Shown one piece after another: positions 55,587 to 64,000 of a stretch of 64,000 nucleotides of DNA. Source of the DNA: Octopus vulgaris (taxonomy: Eukaryota); contig OX597826.1 in the NCBI GenBank assembly GCA_951406725.2, forward strand, positions 43,400,001 to 43,464,000, in the 5' to 3' direction. The first letter of the stretch is position 1. Each line of letters begins with the position of its first letter. The notes beneath the pieces were generated by a model. That model was not told where the DNA came from. It saw nothing but the letters and a program-made list of their open reading frames with translations, and ran no database searches. The translations under genes were made by a program, and so were the position numbers.

Positions 55587-58054
55587 ATTTTGTTCATCAT
55601 CTGTAAATGCGTGTGTATTAATCGTTTTATTTATTTTATTCAATTTCAGAAAAAGTGAAGCAAGTCTTTGACAATTCCGGAGTGTATCAAACCATTTTGT
55701 GCGTGACATTTAGCCTACCCTGTATAACACACACAAACACGCGCACACACACATACATACACACACGTGAGCATGTGTGTATAAGTATACGTATTTTACC
55801 GCCTTTATTAAAGAGTCACCAGACTCTTTAGCAAGAGTCCAGTCTGATCGATATTTGATGTCTAATCAATATGGCATATGCATAAAGCACTTTAAGGGCG
55901 ACTAGTGTGCCATTGATTTCTGGTTATCTTGTATTTGTTGAACAGTGTAAATAGATGTTTATTACAGTAATTAAATAATTACTATTTTACTTCATTAATA
56001 ACCTGTTATTTAACTATGTCTTTGAGATTTCTGATAGAGTAATTTTAAACTCACCACCTTTAATAATATTGAATAAATACGCTCTAGTAAGCGTCTCAGG
56101 CTAGAACAATTCAGTCTAACCACTAATGTGATTACGTTTGTTAAGAAAGTGCGTCAAAGCAGCGAGATCAAAGACTATAATGAATGTTGTTTACTTCTAG
56201 GAATTCAATCTCCGTTAATGCCTAATGCTCTGCCGAAGATCTGAATACTTTAATGGTTTCTATAAACATTTCAAAATGTCTTCAGGTTAAGAGGGTTTTT
56301 CTTACGGTTTTTGCTGCCGAAATGAAACAATTTCGAGCCAAGACACATGCACTAAAAAAAAAAGAAAAAAAAAAGTAAAAAGAAAAAATACAAATAAAAT
56401 ATAAAACAGATTTTATATTTATACTAATGGCTGTTTTAAAACAATTTCATATAACCTATAAGATTATGATTTCATTGCAGTTTAATTCTTCTATAGCACA
56501 ATATGGCCACAAAATATTCATAACAAAATAGTTATGATAGAATTTCGAGGAAATATTAAAAACACATAATAATTAATGGGGTACACGCAGAGCAGCAAGA
56601 ATACAAACGATATCATATCTATCCATTCTTAATACATTTCTGACAGATTCGAACGTCAATCGGATAATATCTCCACCCTTTATGTTCATAATACGTGATT
56701 CACCGACTTAAAAAAAAAAAAACTTTGAAGAACCGCACTGTTTCGACCTTTTTGTGTGTCTCCCACCTTAGTAAAAGTTATACACCAAGCCGATGAGTTT
56801 GACAAGAGCACGAGCTCCTGTCTATGAGAATTAAGAAACAAATTATTTGCTGGTGCATGACAATAAACAAGGGGCAGGGGCACGTAGAACAGCGAGAATT
56901 CAAACAATAATGTCTCTATTCATTCACAAATGTATCTATTCATTCTCAAATTCAAGCGTAATTATTTGCGTGCAGTTACGTTTCGTCGTCGAAGAATACC
57001 TCCTCTATTTAGACGATGTGTGTTCACAACGCATGTAATTTACAGGTATTTGAGGACTGGAAACACTGCAATGTTTCGACCCCGATGAATCTGACAACAG
57101 CGATTAGATATCCACGTTCGAATCTTCCAGAATGTATTATGAATGAATAAACGCTGAAACATATTTTACAACAAATTTTAAGATTTCCTATTTATTTATA
57201 GTGTTATCACTGGTTCTTTCTCCATCATTATTGTAGTTTAGCCCAGATTAATCATTCTAGCTGTCACCATTCCATCCTTCACTCAGTGATAATACCTTAA
57301 GGATCACTTTATGCGATGTAACTTCCTTTTTTCAGAGAGTAGGGTGCAATTTGATGGAAGTTAGGTGCTTTCTTTAGCAGATTGAGGAACTATGTATAGG
57401 CCTTCTCATTTGTTCTTCCTTGTCCGTCCATTTAGTTTTACAACATTTTCGTTTCCCAAAAACATTCCTTTTATAAAACATTGGAGTATTACAATAAAAC
57501 TAAAAATATTCAGTTGAATGGAATAAGATTTCATTTAGCATGTACGTGAATATTCTTCAGGAAACTTACACGTAGAATTGGCGGAGTAATTCAATAATCT
57601 ACATCTACATCTCTTCATTTCATATTCTATACATATATTTTCGGTTCAACACTCACAGAAGTTAGAAGTCTCAGCACTTAATTCAAAATCAGCTCATAGG
57701 TTCCCTTAAGTCAGCATCACAACTTACAAGGCATCAACATTTTCTTCAGTACACGAAACTGACTTTTAAACATTTCTATATAAAATTATAAGCGTATTAT
57801 ACGAAATTTTATGACAACCGTCTTCACAAGCAGAATACCGTCCAAAGGGACTCCAATGAATTTTGTGAATAATTTTCAACTTGTTTATGACACTTGACAT
57901 CATACCTTGCTTTGCCTTCGTTCCTTAAATCATTCATGGAATTTTGGGGATGGAATCTTAACATACGGCAACATCGGTAAGTGTCTTCGAATATAGACCC
58001 GGACCGATTAATGCCTTATAAGTGTATTTGTTAAACAGAAACTGGGTGGAAGCC

Positions 58055-58115
<61 letters not shown>

Positions 58116-59123
58116 TATAAGATTCAGTTGAATTAGGTACTTAAGTTCAGGTACCAAGTCTGTCCGATATTGTCCTCACCACCATCGCCTGACAACCGAT
58201 GTTGGCGTGTTTACGTCCCCGTAACTGACCGGTCGGCAATAGAGACCGATAGAATAAGTACTGGGCTAACAAAGAATAAGTCCTGAGGTCGATTTGTTCA
58301 ACTAAAGGTGGTGCTCCAGCATGGCTGCAGTCAAATGACTGAAACAAATAAAAGAATAAATACAAGCTTCTCAACCACATAGCCACGTCTCTTCAATATA
58401 TTAATGATAAAAATAATACTTTCTACTATAGGCACAAGGTCAGAAATTTCAGGGGTGGCATATTCGATTACATAGACACCAGTCCGCCACTGGTTCTTAT
58501 TTTATTGGCTCCCAATGGATAAAAGGGGATCTCAGTGAAATTTGAACTAAGAGTTTAAAGAGCCGGTTGAAATACTCCGAAGCATTTTTTGCACGCCGCT
58601 CTAACTATTCTGTCAGCTCGCCATCTTAAAAGACGTATGATATAATGTTAATACGGGCAGTTACGAAATTATATGGTGACCTTGTACTTAACCAGAACAA
58701 ACTATTAATTTCACGAGAGGATTTTAGTCAATGTACTGGTGTAGGGTCAGAAGTACTTTATCGTTAACATTATGGAAAAGGTAACTTCAGCCTTGCTCTG
58801 AAAATATAATTTGCAGTTAATCAGAAACGATTAACTGAGCTCTAGTTGTTATTTAGCCCCAAGCCAACGCTAATTGAGTAAGGTATAGCCAAAAGTGTTC
58901 GACCCAGGATCAACCCACCTTTGTTTCAGATTTGTGTGTATTCAGGAAATCTAAATTATCACGGAAACATACGACTTTTTCTTTTTAGGACAGTAGCATT
59001 CAATTTTGAGGGAGTTTGGCTGCTATTTTTAGCTGACCGACCGATCACATAAAGGCCGCATCTTTGCGATGTACTTTTAGAAAATGATGGTGGTGATGGT
59101 GATGATGATGACAATAATGATGA

Positions 59124-59157
<34 letters not shown>

Positions 59158-59660
59158 GGTGGTGGTTATGGCAGTCGAGGTGATATTTCAGCTCTGTTTC
59201 TTAGGGTGGGATGTATGGGATGTGTAATATGAACTCTTTTCTCTGGCGTTTCTGAATGTAACTGTCGTTGCTTATCCTTCCTTTCCTGGGAATGAATCTC
59301 TGTGATTAGAGTTTCATAAGCCTCTCCCCAGCCACAACTGAAGAATACATAAGGAGCAAATAGGAATATGAAAGCTAAATGTGCTTTATTACATGATGGG
59401 CACAAAAAAATAAAGACAAATAGAGAATAAATATTAAATATATAAGATGAGAGAGACATCGTTAAAATTAGGATGAGAAAGAGAGAGAGAGAGGGGGAGA
59501 GAGAGGGGGAGAGAGAGGGGAGAGAGAGGGGGAGAAAGAGGGGGAGAGAAAGAGGGGGAAAGAGAGATAAACAACAGAGTGAATAAGTGAAATATAATGA
59601 AACAAGGAAGAGAGAGTGCGAGAGTGAGTGAGTGACAAAGAGAAAGAAAGAAAGAATCAG

Positions 59661-59691
<31 letters not shown>

Positions 59692-59692
59692 A

Positions 59693-59741
<49 letters not shown>

Positions 59742-60494
59742 TTAAAACTTGTCTCCTACGGTAGAGAATATCTGGTCAACAACTGACTTCAATGCAAGCA
59801 GGAAAATAAAGCATGAATGACTGAGTTGTTGACATACAACAAAAGATATTGATTGACAATAATAATATTATTAGTATTCAAAAATATTTTAACAAAAGTT
59901 CACATAAGTGTCTGTATTTTTAACGACAAATGTGAGTCTAAAACAAGATGTCATACCAACATTACATTAAAACTTATATTTATTTCGACAAAGTTTTGTT
60001 TTAGACAACATCTGTTACTATTTCCCCCGTACCACGACGAACATTCTAGATATGTGTTTCAATGGAAATTAACCGGAAAGATGGCTTGTTATTTGCAGAA
60101 AAGTGTGGGAAAGGAGCTATCCTCTTCAAATTAGAAACGTATGTCATTTTAAGCCTGCCCGACCCTTCAACCACTAGGCCGTGAGACCTTGTTGTTAGAG
60201 TATTATGCACACGATCGTGAGGTTGTGGGTTCGGTTCTTGAACAGGGCACCACGTTGTGCCCTTCAATATCACTCTTCGACACTTCATTTCACGTTACTC
60301 CAGTATACTCACCTGTGAATAAGATCCATGTTGATGTAGATTTTTCTCTCCATACGGCTGTTCACACCTTGAGTGTTCTCTTATGTATGTATGTATGTAT
60401 GTATGTATGTATGTATGTATGTATGTATGTATGTATGTATGTATGTATGTATGTATGTATGTATGTATGTATGTATGTATGCATGTATGTATGT

Positions 60495-61579
60495 CATTAT
60501 TCAGTTTGTTTCAAGATTTTTTGCCAATAGAGAAAGAATCGGATTCTAACTTAGATCCAAGGCTCCTTCACTGGAATTTCAACATCAACAACAGGGTATT
60601 TTTGTATGTATGTATGAGTGGATGTATATGTATGTGTAGATTTGTATGTTTTATGTATGTATTGTCATGCATAGAGTTGTACACCTAAATATGCTCATAT
60701 ACATTTAAATGATAAACTTCTGGAAAGTTTTACAGATTGTTACATCAAATGATGGATTGGATCTGTAGTCTTCGAATTAGCTTTCTCCTTTCTGGTTTTG
60801 AGAAGCCTAATTTCTCAAGATGGGTATTTAGGCCGTGTGTTACCTATCCCAGGGATCCAATAACTGCAAGTATAAACCTGGACTTCTAATTTGGATATAG
60901 TAACTGCATATTTCTTAATAGCTCAGCATAGGTGTACTCTTTTTCAGTGATCTTCAGCTTTATGTTAACATCTGCTGGGCAGCTAATTTCCACAACAGTG
61001 CACAGTTTCTCTTCTATATCCCAAATCATTATATCAGGTCTGTTGTGCTTACATTTTATTGGGGTGTTCACTGAGATATTCCACCAGGATCCCTTTATAT
61101 TAGTGGCTATGGCTTCTGCCATATTGTTGGTTCTTATTTCTTTGTCCTCGGGATTATCCTTTCCACGGATTTTATTATAGAGTGTCCTAGCTACAACATC
61201 ATGTCACATCGGTAGATGATACCGTGATGACATTTTCGGACAACTGCTTATGATGTGGGTGATATCTTCAGTGTGAACTCCACAAAGTCTGCATCGGTTG
61301 TCACATTTTACTGCTTTTCCTGCATCTCTATCCCTTTTGTGCATCAGGCACTTGGTTGATATTTCCTGTTCCTGGATCGCAAACGCATACCCTTCGGAGT
61401 GGGAGAGTAGTAATCCGGCTATTCGTCCATGATAAACTGCTCTGATGATCGATGTTACTATCATCACGGAGCTTTCTACTGATATATCTATGCATAATCT
61501 GCTCATATAGGCTCGTCTTTTCATCTGATGATACTATGCAGTTGAGCCATACGACTTCTTTGGGCATGTATTCTAAGTT
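60495..61579 (-). mobile_element. 5'-truncated R4/Dong-like LINE (RLE endonuclease) inserted in (TATG)n
   Basis: SEGYAFAIQEQEI...CRLCGVHTEDITHIISSC...HDVV...CKHNRPDIMIWD.EEK.CTVVEISCP (CCHC knuckle plus PD-(D/E)xK-type nuclease); (TATG)n on both sides. Confidence 0.88.
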
Positions 61580-62761
61580 ATGTATGTATGTATGTATGTA
61601 TGTATGTATGTATGTATGTATGTATGTATGTATGTATGTATGTATGTATGTATGTATGTATGTATGTATGTATGTATATGTGTGTGTGTTCATATGTATG
61701 AGTGAATGTGTTTGTGTTTGTTCCCGCCACTGGTTGATACCGCTATTAGTTTCTTTACATCTCCGTAAGTTCGTAGTTCTGAAAAAGTGTCCGATAAGGA
61801 TAAGCACCGAACTTAAATATAAGTACAGGGATTGATTTGTTACTACTAAAATCTTCAAGGCGTTGCTCCGAAATGGCTGCAGTCCAATGACTGAAGCAAG
61901 TAAAAGATAAAAGAGACATGCACAACTTAACTTGGCTGATTATTGGCTTAATCACTTTGTTAATCTCCAACGATAAGAAATAAATATTTTATACAACAGT
62001 TTAATGAAACTGATGGAATTTTATTTTTAATCTAATATGCTCATGTGATGAACTATTGGGATTAAGAATGCTGAATATTCAAAATGTTTGGGGAGACATT
62101 AAAAAGTGAAAAACTTGTACTTGTTTCATTTATTGGATAGCAGCTTTGCCGAAGGACCGCTGTGAAGGGTTTAGGCGAACAAATTGACTCCTGTAGTTAT
62201 TTATTTCTAAAGTCTGAGACATTTCTAAAATCTGCTCCAGCTTAGTTACGTGGACGTATACAACCTAACACCGGTTACCAAGTGCTAAGAGTAGGGGAAA
62301 TGCGAAGACAAAGACACAAACGTACACGCATACTTACACACACCATACATATACACGATGGGTTTCCTCAGTTTCCGTGGACAAAATTCACTCACAATGC
62401 CCGATGTTACAATGGAAGACACCTGCCCAAGGTGTCGCCCAGTAGGACTGAACACAAAATTATACAGTAGCAAAGCGAGATTCTTAAGTAGACAGCTTGC
62501 GCTTATATACAGATATTTAATATTCAAATACTTCAAGATTCTCAGTGTGAGCATACAATAGGAAGAATTCTCATTATTGATAACTACGAAGACTAATAAG
62601 TTCTGCTTGAGCAAAAATTCTGAATAGACAAGTAATTCAAAGATTTGTTGAAAGAACTGTTGATATAATGGCGGCGGAAAAAAAGTCAGTGATCTGGAAG
62701 AAGCGTTACTGCACCGGACAAAATGCTGCCCAGAATGTCTTCTTCCTTTGGGTTCTGGGTT

Positions 62762-62998
62762 CAAATACCTATTTCTTTACTACCCACAAGGGGCTACACA
62801 CAGAGGGAACGAACAAGGACAGACAAACGGATTAAGTCGATTATATCGACCCCAGTGCATAACTTGTACTTATTTAATCGACCCCGAAAGGATGAAAGGC
62901 AAAGTCGACCTCGGCGGAATTTGAACCCAGAACGTAGCGGTAGACGAAATACTGCTGAGCATTTCGCCCGACGAGCTAACGTTTCTGCCAGCTCGCCT
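62762..62998 (-). mobile_element. young SINE family A copy nested antisense in the B box of an older copy
   Basis: Flanked by near-duplicated TGGGTTCAAAT / TGGTTTCAAAT; the older plus-strand copy spans ~62690-63115. Confidence 0.8.
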
Positions 62999-63128
62999 GG
63001 TTTCAAATTCCATCGAGATCGAGTTCCTCTTTCATCCTTTTAAGATCGATAAGGTACAAGTTGAGCCCTGCGATTGTGATTGACTAACCCCTTCCCACGG
63101 ACTTCAGGACTTTTGCCTATTATTATGA

Positions 63129-64000
63129 AGGCGGCGAGCTGGCAGAATCGTTAGCACGCCGGGCGAAATGCTTAGCGGTGTTTCATCTGCCGCTACGTTC
63201 TGAGTTCAAATTCCGCCGAGGTCGACTTTGCCTTTCATCCTTTCGGGGTCGATTAAATAAGTACAACTTACGCACTGGGGTCGATATAATCGACTTAATC
63301 CGTTTGTCTGTCCTTGTTTGTCCTCTCTGTGTTTAGCCCCTTGTGGGTAGTAAAGAAATAGGCATTTCTTCTGGCTCTTTAAAATCATGAGTTCGAATTC
63401 CACCGAGGTCGACATTGCTTTTCATCCTTTGGGGTCGATAACTTAAGTACTATTCGAGCACCGGGTCAATGATATCGACTAACCACCTCCTTCAAAATTT
63501 CAGGCTTTGTGCCTATATTACGAAGACATTATTGCGAAAAATATGCGATGAGCTAGTGCTAGTAGAGTTGAAACGGCGCCGAATAAAATGTTTAGAAGCA
63601 ATTCTTCCGGATCTTTACGTTCTGAGTTCCAATGCCACCGATGTCAATTTTGCCTTTTGTCGTTTCGGGGGCAATAAAATTAAGTACCATTAGAGCAGTG
63701 GGTCAAAGTACTCGATTCCCCACCCGTCACCTAAAGATGGTTAACTTTGTATCAAAATAATAAAAAAGATTGTTTAGAAAAATCGAAAGGCAGAAAGCTG
63801 GTAGAATCGTTAGAGCATCAGGAAAATGCCGTGTGGAATTTCTTCCGGTCCTTTACGTTCTGAGTTCAAATCCCGTTGATGACAACTTCACTTTTCATCA
63901 TCTCAGGATCAATAAAATAAAGCTCCACTCAAGTACTGAGATTTGATGGGTTTAACTTATTTCCCTTTCCCTTAAAATTGCTGGCTTCGTGCCTAAATTC
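63129..64000 (+). mobile_element. cluster of SINE family A copies (T2/T1 composite plus two older copies)
   Basis: Heads at ~63130, ~63548 and ~63795; junction GAAATAG|GCATTTC at ~63361. Confidence 0.8.

Noticed and set aside
59166-59338. Minus-strand terminal exon after a pyrimidine tract plus CAG
   Set aside because: Peptide not recognisable and no linked upstream exon

Overview
AT-rich, microsatellite-saturated animal genomic DNA. The SINE families and repeat landscape suggest a cephalopod, probably octopus (inference). No host protein-coding gene can be called with confidence, and almost all ORF-track entries are translated microsatellites or SINEs. The window is a mosaic of mobile elements: at least four tRNA-derived SINE families, mariner remnants and MITEs, non-autonomous Helitrons, R4/Dong-like LINE fragments and CR1-like 3' ends. 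Two signals stand out. (1) At least four unrelated elements embedded in (TA)n tracts carry hammerhead ribozyme (HHR) motifs inside inverted or partially tandem repeats. One still encodes a Penelope-type GIY-YIG endonuclease; the others are non-coding and retrozyme-like, with unusual HHR variants (60-nt stem II, CCGACGA core, U-U at the base of stem II). (2) A young SINE subfamily repeatedly joins its 3' end to the same internal site of older copies of its own family, and its tail resembles a LINE-like 3' end sitting in (TATC)n. Different microsatellites ((TA)n, (AAT)n, (CATA)n, (TATC)n) appear to be occupied by different retroelement lineages. Coordinates were counted by eye and may be off by a few bases.
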